The notes: a model not told the origin generated them from the sequence alone. 64,000 bases of DNA from Rhynchobatus australiae (GCA_034780895.1 JAUZTB010000064.1:64740665-64804664), one strand, 5' to 3'. Shown: positions 11,413 through 24,584, counted from the first letter of the stretch. Numbers and translations: made by a program.

Positions 11413-13304
11413 TAGCTGCCAAAGCTCTGGAATTCCCTGCTTATTCCTCCCTTTCTTCTTTAAGCCACTCTTCAAAACTCCTGACTAAGGTTTATTTGTT
11501 CACCCTAACTTTTTATGGTGTAATTACAAATGTCATTTGATAATACTGCAGTTAAATTCCTTGACACACTGTGTTATACATGCTGCATAAATATAAATTG
11601 CTGTTGGAGGAGGAGGATTAGNNNNNNNNNNNNNNNNNNNNNNNNNNNNNNNNNGGTATGCATCTGATCTTCCAGATTATTTTGTTGACTTGCTCTTTAT
11701 ATTTTAGATAGATGAGACCTAACTGAGAACCTGCCTTTTTCAGTTGGATTATAGAAAGTGTAATTGCTTGCCCATGACTTGTTAAAATGGAGAAGAAGCA
11801 TTTGTGGTGGCACTTAGACTATCATCTGTGTGTTGGGAGCAGAAACTCAGTGTAAACAGTGGAGAGAGTGTATTACCTCCCCAGGTTGTTTTCTTTTCCC
11901 ACCTGTGTCAGAGTGTGTGTGTCCCACATTGGCCTCATCAGCTACTTCAGAACCTATAGAATTAGTGAAGGTGTTTCATCCTTGAACCTGAGGGGCTGCT
12001 TAAGGAGAAGGGAAGTAGAATTATGTGGGGCTGTAAAATCTGCTCCCAACATTATATTGTGCCTAATCCTGAGTTCCTGCTGTATAAACATATCACCCAT
12101 TGACCAACTGTAGGCTCAAGTCAAAATCTTTTTTTGATCTTGTGTGCTCCAACTTTCACGGAATGATCTGGACCCTGAGAGCCATTGGAATCAGCAACTG
12201 CTCCAACAAAATAAAAATTGTTTGGTTAAGTTCTGTAAAATGGTTTGGGTCATTTTACTGTACTAAAGGCACTAACTAAATGCAAATTGTCAATGGTTAC
12301 CTGGGATGAGGAATAGTCTTTGCTGTGATCCTATTGATGTATAATTTTGATACTCACTTTAGTTTCTATATTCAATTATTAACTAAAGTTTTACATTACT
12401 AATTACTTAACTAAAGTTAAACATGGAGATTTATGGACTTTACCCATGAGAGAAAAGAAAATGAGCTAAATGCCTGCTTCATGTATTCTCAAAAAATAGC
12501 AGAAATTTGATTACAAAGTTATGAATATTGTTAGTTGGATGTTCTGACTTAATTAGCAAAGAGTTGTTTTAAAAATAAGAGGTTTGCTACAAATCCCAAT
12601 AAATTCTAACAAAATACATGTCCATGTTTGAAATTAATAATTATGCTTGGAAATTTGAGAATCAAATCCTGACTTGTGAAATGGTGGAAAGCAAAGTGCC
12701 TATGAATTCTTTGCTTTTAATTTGCAACACCAACTCAAAGGAAATCCTGAGGAAAACCCAGCCTTGCTTTCCTGTGTGAGTATATCTGCCACTATGTTTT
12801 CTGCTCCACTTCACATCAGAGAAACATTCCAACTTTCATCATTATTTTCACTACACAATAGGTTGGTTGCCAATCCAGCCCAGTGAGAATCACGCGTCTC
12901 TTGAGGCATGCAGTTATCTTTTGCTGAAGGATAAACTATTTGCCAGCTGCAAATGATTAGGGTCTTCTGTTTGCTTAGTAAATTTCTTGATTACATTTTT
13001 AAAATCACAATACAAAGTACTCATCAGTACTGTGCATGCCAAAGAATAGAATGTGGAGTTCTAGTTCAACATCAGCAATAAAGATCATGTATTCTACCAA
13101 GAGTGGCTTGGTGTGAATTTCTTTTTCTCTTTTTCTGTTTTGTTTTTCAATTTTATCTCTTAATTCCCTGACTGACATGTGGCAGTAGTCAAGTATTACA
13201 AGGATCAGTGCTTGGGCTTGGCTATTCATAATGTATATTAATCATATGGAACACTGACCCAAATGTAATATTTTATAGCTTACTAAACTCATTGGGATTA
13301 TGAA

Positions 13305-13700
13305 TTCTGAGGAGGATACAAAGATGCTGCAAGGTAACAGACAGATTGAGCAAATGGGCAAAAAACCGCAGATACACTAAAACGTAGGTAAATGTGAAGT
13401 CATCCACTTTAGTAGGAAAACAAAGACAGTTGATATACATCGGGATCTGAGAGGAAGCACACCGATACAGTTAAGAAAGCAGATGGTATGTTGGCCTTAA
13501 TTGCAAGAGGAGTACAGTAGCAAAGATGTATTTCTACAATTACGCAGGGCCTTGGTGAGCAATCTCGAGTATTGTGTGCAGTTTTGGCCTAAGACCCATT
13601 TGCCATAAAGCATAGCAAAAGTCCACCAGACTGGTACCTAGGATGGCTCAGCTGCTCTATGAGAAGAGATTTAGCTAACTGGGTTCTGAAGCTTTGATTC
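13305..13700 (+). mobile_element. Decayed CR1 LINE RT C-terminal fragment
   Basis: aaatgtgaagtcatccacttt (KCEVIHF), ggtatgttggccttaattgcaagagg, ctcgagtattgtgtgcagttttgg (LEYCVQFW). Confidence 0.75.
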
Positions 13701-13869
13701 TAGATTTCCTCTCAATTATCTTAGAGGCACAGCACAAAAATGGGCNNNNNNNNNNNNNNNNNNNNNNNNNNNNNNNNNNNNNNNNNNNNNNNNNNNNNNN
13801 NNNNNNNNNNNNNNNNNNNNNNNNNNNNNNNNNNNNNNNNNNNNNTATCTTAGAGGCACAGCACAAAAA

Positions 13870-14060
13870 GGGGCCCTTCTGATTCCCATGTCCCCATCAA
13901 CAACCATGTACACTAATCCTATTCACATTTTACTCTAACAATCTCATTAACTTCCCCCCATTTTCTACCAGTCACCTACACACTAGGGCCGAGTTACAGT
14001 GGTCTACCAGCCTTCATGTCTTTGGAATGTGGGAGGAAACCAGAGCAGCTGGAGGAAATC
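13870..14060 (-). mobile_element. V-SINE 3' fragment
   Basis: tctttggaatgtgggaggaaaccagagcagctggaggaaa is the reverse complement of the V-domain. Confidence 0.65.
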
Positions 14061-14379
14061 TAATTGAAACATAAAATTCTTAATGTCTCAAATTTAAAAT
14101 TCTTATCCTTGTGTTTAAAATGCTATGCCGTCACCCCTCCCCACATCTGGCGTCTTCTTGAGTCCTACTGCTTCCCTGCTTCCTTTGACCATTATCATCC
14201 TCTGGGATTCTCTCCCTGAATCCATCTCTGTCTAAGATTTCAATGGTATCTTCCTAAAAGCTTTGTATTTTAAGTGTCCATTTGCTTCCCCTTTGCATAT
14301 CTGTGATATGATGCAGGGAGATTTATTCTTTCCCTCCCCTATCACCATGATACAAGCCTATAAATTGTTTTGCATTTTA

Positions 14380-14682
14380 AGATAAGATATCTTTATTAGT
14401 NNNNNNNNNNNNNNNNNNNNNNNNNNNNNNNNNNNNNNNNNNNNNNNNNNNNNNNNNNNNNNNNNNNNNNNNNNNNNNNNNNNNNNNNNNNNNNNNNNNN
14501 NNNNNNNNNNNNNNNNNNNNNNNNNNNNNNNNNNNNNNNNNNNNNNNNNNNNNNNNAACCAGAGCACTCAGAGGAAACCCACGCAGACACAAGGAGAACG
14601 TACAAACTCCTTACAGACAGTGGCCGGAATTGAACCTGGGTCGCTGGTGCTGTAAAGCGTTGCGCTAACTGCTACACTATTG
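14380..14682 (-). mobile_element. tRNA-derived V-type SINE (partly in gap)
   Basis: Tail ataagatatctttattagt, then aaccagagcactcagaggaaacccacgcagacacaaggagaacgtacaaactcc...ggaattgaacctggg; same family as 11122-11412. Confidence 0.85.
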
Positions 14683-16740
14683 TCCTGAAAAATGCATGCT
14701 TAAAAACAGTGCTGCATTATAAACCTGTAGTAGATTTGCACAAGATCATGGAGGAGTGTGTTCTTTTAATGTAAGGTATCCTGTAGCTTAGAATCATGAA
14801 TCCTGGACACCTTTATGCACAGGAATGGAACTTTTGATTGCCATAATCTATACAAATTTGAGCTTCTTAAAGGAACTGATATTTAACTATTGGGACTGGT
14901 TTGGAGCAGTCGTGCAGATGGTTTGAGAATGAGCAGCCTGTGTATCCATCAACAGAGGGGGCATTGTGCAGGATGTATCTGTGGTAGGGATTGCTGTCAG
15001 TATACATCCTCCAAGAGAGGAGGTGGACCACACTGAGCCTTGTTTAACTGCTGGGCTCCCAGGAAGCACCTGTCGTGGAATGAGCTCTTTAATCTGCAGT
15101 CCAGTCGATCATTGCCTATCCTCTAAAGCCTGCTTCAGCGGTCAAAGTCCAGCAGTTTTTTCAAATAGTGTAATTTCTATGGTGAAGTCAGTCTTACATT
15201 TACCAGTGATTTGATGTCACAGAATGCCCACCAGGGGCTCTGTGTGACCACCTCAGATGGAACCGCAGAAAAGTTACAACACAGGAGTAATCAGTACTAG
15301 GTTTAGGCATTGCAATCTATTGAGTCCATCGCTCCTGCCCAAACCCCTTAGCCCTGCAAATTCTTTCCTTTCATATACTTACCCACTTTCCTTGTTCAGT
15401 GCAGAGAACTGCATGCCAGCTGTCCAAAGGAAGCAATGTATACACCAAGTTGCTGATTGTTTTCAGCTATTGGTTTACAGATTTAAATAAAAATCATCGT
15501 GCATAATATCATTATGCTCTGTGATTAAAATTCTTAATTCACTGTATATGAACACAGGGTGATGCCGATAAGTTGAGAGAGTTCGAACATATTTGGAATC
15601 CTTAAAGCTTTGATGGCTTTGAGTTCCATTTTAATGTGAAGGGACTATTTTGTTAAAATATTTCCTGACTGGGTTCCATCTTATGAAGTTGTCTATTTTT
15701 TTTTACAGTGTATATTTATTTTGACATTCTGTATGTCTGCTTGGTGATTTTTCACTCCATTCATCAATAAATGTAACCACAGCATAAAAATACAGTCAGC
15801 AGACAGTACAAGGATTTTAACCTGCAGCTGTAGGGAAATGTCCTTGCTCTACCTAAAACGCTATAGTGGCTTCGCAGTTTAATATTTGTTTACACCAACC
15901 AATGTAAATGTCACTAAATTATTAAACATTTATGTCCAATTTTTTTCCCGAACAGCCATGTTCTGCGTGTCACCTTTATAAATGCTGTAAAAGGAATCCT
16001 GAAATTGTCATTTGAGGAAAATTAATGGTGTTATATTAAAACACGTTCAATTTTTCCATTTTTTGAAATCAAAGTAATAAATTGATTGGGTTTTGGAAAC
16101 TGCTGTAAAGGCGATTTTACCAATAAGTTTAATATTTTTGTGGCTGTGTATACCAGTACTTTCATAATTGTATTTCCTAAACTGTTGTTGCGCTGCGTTC
16201 CATTTCCATCCAGTGGTTAGCAAGAGCAACTTAGAAATGCAACCCATTTGTGACGATGCTTATTGAACAGCTGCCATTTTCATAAAGATTCTGCGAATCA
16301 GGAATCAGAGTTTATGTTTGAAACTCAGACTAACGAGAGCCATACTTGTAGAGCTTTTAATTTATATCAGAAGATGAATGTAAAGGACAAAGGAGAAATT
16401 TCAAAAGAGATATTTCACAATTTTTTGAGCTCTCTGGAAGAACATCAGTTTGGTTATATTTCTTTCTTGGCTGTGTGCTGTCATTGAGAATCATAATTAG
16501 TTTTGTATCAAGACTGTGAGTTATTGTCCTTTACATTTGGAAAGTAGGTAAGGGAGAGTTGTAAAGCATAATAGAATGTGTAATGGTCTCACAATCATAT
16601 TTAGTTTGAGGTTGAACTTGTGTTATTTTTTGGTTACAATTTGCCTGGAGGCTTGCATTGCAAAATGCCTTGGGTCCCTGTGATTCAAAGTAGCATTGTG
16701 TTGAACTCCAGTATCCCAAATTTGCACAGATCTTTATGTG

Positions 16741-16840
16741 CACTGATGAAAGGTTAACAACTGTAAATGTTGGCTCTGGTTCCTCTCTCCACAGAAGCTA
16801 CCTGACCTGTTGAGCATTCCTAGCATTTGCTGCTTTTGTG
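16741..16840 (+). mobile_element. Penelope pLTR fragment with CTGATGA hammerhead box
   Basis: ctgatgaaaggttaacaactgtaaatgttggctct...ctctccacagaagctacctgacctgttgagcattcctagcattt is similar to 6896-6995. Confidence 0.65.
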
Positions 16841-17194
16841 TATTCGCTCAATTATTTGACTCTTAAGAATCAAATATTGGTTGCGTTATTGTGATTGTTA
16901 CTATAATGAATTACATAATCTTAAATAAGTATTTTTCTGCAGTAAATCTAAAAAGGTGTCAACCAAACAATCATTACAAAAAGGCATACTGCTCTTATCT
17001 CATGTAAATGTGCTATCAGCAGGATTTATTTCAAAGTTAAATTTTTAATGAAATTTGACTGACTTGAATTTAAGCGATTAACTGTTTGCAAATTTGTTAT
17101 TTTTGAGTTAGTGAAGTGGAGTAGCAGGAGGAAGACAAGTCATATAGATCAGAGAGATGACCTGCAGAACCTGACCCCTTCTTACTTTCGTGTT

Positions 17195-18840
17195 CATAGA
17201 GTCAGAATTGTACAGCACAGACACAGACCTTCATTCCACTACATCCATGTTGACATTTTTGCCCATTTACACTAATCTCATTTGCCCACTGTGCCTTGCT
17301 TATTCAGGTGTCTCTTTAAATGAGTCTTAAATGACATGATTCTCTGCAATTCCTCCACCAACTCTGACAATGAGTTTCAGGTATCAAACACTACCTGTGC
17401 TTTTTAAAAAAAAATTTAAAAACTTTCTCCTCCAAGTCCCTCTAAAACTCCTTCCTCTCTTTTTAAACTATGCCCTCTTGTTTCTGATACCCCCTACCAT
17501 GGGAAAAAGATTCTGACTATCTACCCTAACTATGCATTTTTATTTATATATTTCTATCAGGTCACCCTCAACCTTCTTTCTTACAGGGAAAACAAACCCA
17601 GCCTATCCAATCTCTCCCCATACCTAAAGCCCTCCAATCTGGGCAGCATCCCGGTGAAACTCTTCTGCAGTATCTCCAGGATTGCCAGCACCATCACATC
17701 CTTCCTGCAGTACGTGGCGACCAGAACTGAATACAGTACTCCAAGTGCGGTCTAACCAATGTTTTGTAAAGTTGCAATGCTAAATCCAAACTTTTATATT
17801 CTGTGCCCTGACCTATGCCATCTTCACCACGCTACAGGTAGATAGGGTACTGCATGTTTGCCTCCATACCTTTCAGGCAACTGAGGACTTGAACCCTGAA
17901 GTACCTCTGTTCATCAACATCCTTAGCATCCTACCATTTACTGTACATGTTTTACCCGTATTTGATTTCCCAAAGTGCATCACCTCATGCTTATCTGGAT
18001 TAAATTCCATCTGACATTGCTCTGCCTGAACCTCCCATCGCCACCCTCTGCCTCCCATCAGCAATCCATTTCTGCATTCAATTAGCCAGCTTGCTTTAAT
18101 TCCTATCTTCCTTAACCAAGTGGGACTGTCAAATGCCTTGCTAAAATTCATGTGGACAATGTCTACCACCCTGCCTTCATTACTCTTCTTAATTACCTCC
18201 TCAAAAACTTAATCACATTTAATTCCTTAAATTCTCTCCTACCCCCTCTGTCAAGCTTCACTCAATTCCAGTCATATATTTTCTTCCTTAGCAATGCTTC
18301 AATATCTTTTGTCATCCAGATTCCAAAACCTTAGAAATCCTGTAACTTAGAGAATTATGGTCATTGTTCCCAAAGTATTCCCCTACTGACACTTCCACCA
18401 CCTGCCCAGATATATTTCCTAAGATATGATACTGCTTTGTCTCCAGTAGGATATTGTCTCGATAAAAACGCTCTTGTTTGCACTTAACAAGTTCCTCCCC
18501 ATCAAATTCCCTTGCACCAAGACAATCCCAGTCAATATCAGGAATGTTAAAATCCCCACCACTGTAACCTTATTACACTTGCACCTTTCTGCAATTTGCT
18601 TATATATCTGTTCTGCTGACTATTGGAGGCCTATAGTATGACCCCAGCAAAGTGGTTGTTCCTCTCCTGTTCCTAAATTTTTCCCATGTGGATGATCTCT
18701 CCAGGATATCCTTCTTGGTGCAGCTGTGATTTTCTCAGTTGTGCCCCCTTCTTTTGCATCCCTCTCTGTAATGTCTGAAACTTCATACCTTGGTACATAT
18801 TAAGCTGTCAGTCCTGCGCTGTTCTCAACCACATTTCTGT
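17195..18840 (-). mobile_element. CR1 LINE, internally deleted (3' end, RT and endonuclease remnants)
   Basis: ORF 17873..18169 contains VDIVHMNFSKAFD and QMEFNPDKHEVMHFGKSN. The CR1 3' end catagagtc...gtacagcacag is at 17196. Confidence 0.85.
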
Positions 18841-19369
18841 GATCTTGTCCAAATAACTGAAAGTTTGTTCACAATCACTTATTTTTGACAATGTTCCTAT
18901 TGCTTGCCAATCACGCTGAGCTTGTAAGCCTGCTTTGAATTATTCACAGTAGGCATACTACACCTGAATGTACCAGAATATCCAGGTATCCAAAAGGTTC
19001 AAGTCATGCTCTTGTGTAATGATGTCATCTGTACAAATTGTTCTGTTCTGTGGCAGTAATGGTGTTCTATCTTTTATAATTAACCTATTGTTATGTTTAA
19101 TTGGAATGGACAGCACCATTGTCATACAAATTAAATTATAATTAAAGAGAAATTGAAGTGGCTGTCAGCAATAAAATGTAAACAAAAGTGCATCAATGAA
19201 CATAGATTTCTTTGTGCTATGGAACCACCATTTCCCCCTTTTTCTTTATAGTTCTCTCCACCTTACATTTTAACTGTTCTCATCATTCTCATAATTCTAG
19301 CTCACTTTAGTATCCTTGGAGGTGTGGGAAATAAACGTTCTTCACCTTGGTCTCAAACACAAAAGCACA

Positions 19370-19520
19370 ATCCTATTGATGCTGGAAATCTGAAATGAAG
19401 CCACAAAACGGTGGACATACCAACAGATCGCACCTCAGCTGTGCAGAGAGAAACAGCTTAAATTTCTGCTCATTGATCTGAAATGTTAGCTCTGTCTCTC
19501 CAGAGCTATTTTCTGTTTAT
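19370..19520. mobile_element. Two Penelope pLTR fragments in inverted orientation
   Basis: gatgctggaaatctgaaat...gagagaaacagcttaa (minus copy) is directly followed by tcattgatctgaaatgttagctctgtctctcc...ttttctgttt (plus copy). Confidence 0.55.
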
Positions 19521-21079
19521 AATTCACCTTGTACTTGGTGGTTTATCATGCTGAGAATATGACTGATTTTATGCAGTTTATTATTTTGTGTCAAGGTGAA
19601 TTTTGATTCCTGGTTCTTGACTGATATTAGCTATTTTGAGCAATGCAGAAATATTATTTATGTTGCTGAGGTTAGAAAATGGTTACTGAAGGGAGAGAAT
19701 GTGAGCTGCAAGTTGGGCCAGATCAACCCAACCGCAAGCAGTAATTGCTGGTATTTGTCTGCAATTCCAGCGAAAAGTTGTTCGATCAATAGAGTCCCTA
19801 TGATCACTGAAACAGTTGACCTTCTAGCATCCTGTATGCAATTGGGTCCCTTGCTGCCCTGCTGGGAGCCAGGGATCTCTTGACCATCAATGGGCAGGCA
19901 CCAAGGTCAGCGATCCAGGCTCTGCTGAGATTCGTCAACGCATCTGGATCACTGAGTGATGAGAGAGGCCACCAACTAAGTGAAACCTCAGGAAGGAATA
20001 AGGCCTCTGGTTCAGTCTGTAACTTTGGGAGTAGAGAGATGGGTGCAACAAAGTCCAGAGGGACTGTGAGGGGTGTTTTGCATGGGTACAAGAGATTTGT
20101 GGTCAGGGTGGGGATGTAGAAGGAATACAGTACTGATCTTTTAGTCTTATTGCTGGGGGCAGGGGGAAATCTTTATCCATTGTTAGAGGGCAAAGCTGAC
20201 TGCATCATTTTTAAAAATATACCCTTCCTCCCAGGAGCTTGAAATGGAATACTTTGTTTCTCAGCTGTGTGCTTATTTATGGTGGGGAGTAATGAGGTCA
20301 CTCCCCATCTACAAGGAAAAGGACACAACCAGGAAGTGTCTCCAAGGATTTCCCTGTCAATCATCTGTGAGGATGGAGCTCCACATAATATCATCCCACC
20401 CGGCCTCCCTGTGCTCTAATGATTGAGTGCCTCGGAGTTCACCAGAGGTCTTTGAGTTACTTGTTTTGAACAATGTTGTGGGTCCAGGTTCTGTTCCAAT
20501 TGTTGCAGCTTGAAGTTGCAGTATTAAGGGTAGTATGATTAGAAAGGATTCTTTGAAACCATGTGACAAATTGGGGCTTTGGGGAAGTCTTGATTTACTG
20601 CCTGGTACGTTGGTATCCTGCTTAGTGTGATCTGCAGAGTGCTGATTTATTATAAAGATCTTGGACCTCCATCCAAACATATTACAGGTATGTACCCCCA
20701 TCCCTTCTCTCTTCATACTGCCAGGAACCTGGGTCCCAGGACCTTGGTGTAAATCCCAACTCTCCACTGACAGTCTTGCACCAAAGAATCACCCATGGCT
20801 TTGTGTTGAAAGGCTGCCTGTGAGGGCTGGTGTTCATTGGGCTAGGGTGAACGGAGCATCGTTCAGTGAGGCTCAGGGCTACACCCTGGCCCTGATTCCT
20901 ATTAACATTGACTTCATTAGCTCTACTCTTCCTGCAGATGCATCCTGAGAGACCAATCTTATTGGTAATATTGGAAATTATTCTGTGTTTGTTAGGTGGA
21001 CATTGATTGTTCATGTGTCATGTTTTTTCACGACTTTGAAGAGGTCAATGGAGGCTGTCAACTTTCAGAGCAATTTGAT

Positions 21080-21362
21080 CAATCCCATTTCCCCTTTTCC
21101 TGGTAACATTCTGTATCTCATGCCTATCAACTCCATCCAGTTTCTTCTCCCATCCACCTACACCAGAGGTACTACACAATAGCCAATTAACCTGTAACTG
21201 CCACATCTTTGGGATGTGGGAGGAAACTGGAGCACTCAGAAGAAACCCATGCATTCATATTGGAGAACATGCAAACTCCACACAGACTGCACTACAGGTC
21301 AGAATTGAACTCAGACCGCTGTTAGACTGTTAGACTCTGTTAGACTATGATGCACCATTATG
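21080..21362 (-). mobile_element. V-type tRNA SINE
   Basis: tctttgggatgtgggaggaaactggagcactcaga...ggagaacatgcaaactccacacagac...agaattgaactc. Confidence 0.8.
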
Positions 21363-22627
21363 TTGTACTATTTGCTTGAATTTATTTTGACCTTTTTTAC
21401 ACAATCACCAAAACCACACCATTCCAAACGATTTAACTGGATGTTTATTCTGCACTTTCAGTAGGCCCATTATTGTTTATTTCCTTCGTGCCTCTTTTTT
21501 CAACCCCTCCCCCGCTCCCTACTCCCCCCAAAAATATCAGGCTTTTACTTCAGAAGGCCTATAAAACAACTTCAACACAATTAAAACCCATTTGATCACA
21601 ATGTTTGAATTTTCTTTTTGTCCTTTTGATCAACAGATTTGTTAATTATTAGTGGAAGGCTAATGGTTATGGAAATGGTAAGAACAGTTTTCAGACAAAA
21701 ATACTCAAGTGCTTGATGTACTTGGAGAATGCAGATTATTTTATTGCATGTTAAATCTAAATATCTGAAGCATGAAAGTCACAGAGATGGGGGAGGCATT
21801 AGGTTGAAATTGTAGCTGGTGTCTTATTTTCTCCTGGTGTAGAGATGAGATGTATTGCAAAAAATAATGCCTTGCCACTCCCAATTTTTTAAAATCATGT
21901 AGTTTTAATTTACTGAAGCTGGCGGCTTTTGCAAAATGATTTTGTGCAGTGGTGTTGGCTGATAATTGGACCGTTAGTAATTAAATAACTTGCCTACAGA
22001 GTGTCGAATGACATACTCTACAGTGATTAACTGCTTAGAGAAGATGCTCAGAATTGTTAATTAATGACACTTCTAAGAAGCCCTGTTAGAGATGACGAGT
22101 GAAATGTAAGCAGAGTGCCGGTGCTTTATTTAATGAGATATTTGTGCATGTTTCGTACAATAGAATTAGAAGCAAAGAGTTAATGATTGAAACTAGAAAG
22201 GGCACATGGATGTAGAAAACAGTCATCTAGTATCTGTTGCCTTTACAATGATGAGTTTACTTGTAGAATTGGAAATCACACATCAGGTAATTTGACAATG
22301 TATCTATTGTATTGACAGCTCCATTTCCCCATATCTTTTTATAATCATCTTTTGCAGATAATTGAATTATGATTTAATGAGGATATTCTCATAACTTTCA
22401 CTATTCTTCTAATGATTATCCTGTTTAAGCCACTTGTAACTCATTTACAAAATAGTGAGCTTGAATTAATGAAATATTTCTTTACCCTCTCAAAAAGTCT
22501 TTGAGTTCACAACAGGAAAATTACAAACTGACTGAGTAGCTTCCTTTTGTGTTGTATAAGTTTATATGAAATTTATTAAGACATTAATGATTTTAGGTTT
22601 TCTAACAATTCATTTCTTAGCTGTAAG

Positions 22628-23365
22628 TTATAGAGTCTCAGAGTTGTACAGCATGGAAATGGGCTCTTTGGCCCAACTGGTCCATGCTGACCAAGGTTCC
22701 CATTGAAACTAGTCCCATTTGCCATCATTTGGCCCTTCTCTCTCTAAATCTATTCTACCCATGTACCTGTCCAAGCACCTCTTAAATGTTGTTAATGTAC
22801 CTGTCTCAACCACTTCCTCTGGCAGCTCATTCCATTTACTGACCACCTTCTGGGTGAAAAAGTTGCCCCTCAGGTTCCTCTCCCCTCTCACCTTAAACCT
22901 ATGCCCTGTAGTTCTTGATACCCCAGCCCTGTGAAAATGACTGTGCGCATTGACCCTATCTATACCCTTCATGATTGTATACACCTCTATAAGAGCTCCC
23001 CTCATTCTCCTATGCTGCAGTGACTAAAGTCGCAACNNNNNNNNNNNNNNNNNNNNNNNNNNNNNNNNNNNNNNNNNNNNNNNNNNNNNNNNNNNNNNNN
23101 NNNNNNNNNNNNNNNNNNNNNNNNNNNNNNNNNNNNNNNNNNNNNNNNNNNNNNNNNNNNNNNNNNNNNNNNNNNNNNNNNNNNNNNNNNNNNNNNNNNN
23201 NNNNNNNNNNNNNNNNNNNNNNNNNNNNNNNNNNNNNNNNNNNNNNNNNNNNNNNNNNNNNNNNNNNNNNNNNNNNNNNNNNNNNNNNNNNNNNNNNNNN
23301 NNNNNNNNNNNNNNNNNNNNNNNNCCCTCTGTTCTACAACACTCCCCAGGGCACTACTGTTCACT
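22628..23365 (-). mobile_element. CR1 LINE 3' end (relatively young; partly in gap)
   Basis: ORF 22709..23005 contains RGALIEVYTIMKGIDRV...RTTGHRFKV...NFFTQKVVSKWNELPEEVVE. Confidence 0.9.
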
Positions 23366-24055
23366 GTGAGTTCTCAGTGTATTGTTTTTGTTGATTATTA
23401 AAATTGTTGGATAATTATCTTTTTAAATTTGGAAAATAAAGATTTGGGTTAATTTTTACAGCCTCTTAAAAATTAATATGTACTTATGTACATGAAAAAA
23501 TGCTATGACATGAAAACTTCACATTTGCATGACCAATCTGGCCATAATTTGCACCATTTGACCAATATATAACAGCCTAATGTATTTGATTTCTGCTTTT
23601 TTTTTGTCCCAGAATGTCCATAAATGTGTATTTTTGTTTGTCCACAAAAAAAGTAATTGAAATGTGTGAAGTGTAGTTCTTCCTGATCTGATGTTTTTTG
23701 TCATTGGTTGCCAGGGTATTGTTTTTATCCTGTCGTTAACATCTAGTAGATTTCAGCTTAAAGTTACAATGTCCTTGATGTCTTGATTCAACAGTTCAGG
23801 AGAATGAAAATTGAATTTGAAATTGAATCCAATGTACAACCTATTATTAAAATTCTTATAGTTTGTGATTCTTGTCATTTGCGCCCATTTGTAAAGATAA
23901 ATAGAGATTCTTGCATCATGATTCAATGACTGCCTCATTTGACATGCTAAATGTGCATGGCTTTATTTATATTTTCTGGTGCAGAGACTGTTAATATTTT
24001 AATGGAAGATGTTAATGATCTTTTCATTAAATCTTAAATTATTTTTGTTTTTCAG

Positions 24056-24158
24056 GCATGAAATTCCCTTGAGCCGTGCTAGTCTGATGCTATAATGTGC
24101 TGACCAGTCACTATGGGCAGACGATACCCAGGAGCTTATCATCGTCCAAATAGTGAAT
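24056..24158 (+). other. APBB2: Candidate APBB2 5' exon with several upstream ATGs
   Basis: Strong acceptor tttttgtttttcAG ends at 24055, followed by ~100 nt of non-repetitive, CpG-containing sequence. Possible donors are GTGAAT (24153) and GTATGT (24159). Confidence 0.5.
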
Positions 24159-24584
24159 GTATGTATGGGGACAGAAGTTCATTTCCTTTAGTTCTATTAA
24201 CTTTGCTGCAAAAATCTGGAGATAAATATTCTGATGATTCCACTGGAATGTGAATTAGTACTATTATTTGTTTGGAATTTCTTTCCAGTTATCTTAGGTT
24301 CAATAATATGATATCCAGAATCTGTGTCTGTNNNNNNNNNNNNNNNNNNCAAGTTTGTAATGTAATTGGAGGCAGGTGGGAATGGAGTCATTTTAATAAA
24401 TGTAGGCACTTGGGAATATAAATAATATGATGCAATTACAACAGTTATGTTTGGAATTTTTTGTGGTTTGAATTTAGTTTAAAAAAAATTGCAGCATCTG
24501 TTTTACATTTGTTTCCTATATGGAACATCACATGAAAATACAATTCGGACTTGACTCAAAAATATTAGGTTATTTTATTCATTT

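Larger units (their letters stand above)
7830..11607 (+). mobile_element. Old, highly decayed L2-clade LINE interrupted by younger insertions
   Basis: Contains an RT remnant cagctctacctc (QLYL)...ccgacatcagttatggatg, caggtcattcaaaattctgct (QVIQNSA), and a 3' end tttgataatactgcag...ataaatataaattgctgttg similar to the other L2 ends in the window. The 5' boundary is uncertain. Confidence 0.6.

Noticed and set aside
13717-13870. Direct repeat tatcttagaggcacagcacaaaaa on both sides of a gap
   Set aside because: Typical overlapping contig ends around a 100-N gap; assembly artefact likely.
19596-21014. Cluster of 60-136 aa ORFs on both strands
   Set aside because: No recognisable domain or splice structure. 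There is only a faint resemblance (WLCVERLPVR) to a Tx1/L1 C-terminus, too weak to call.
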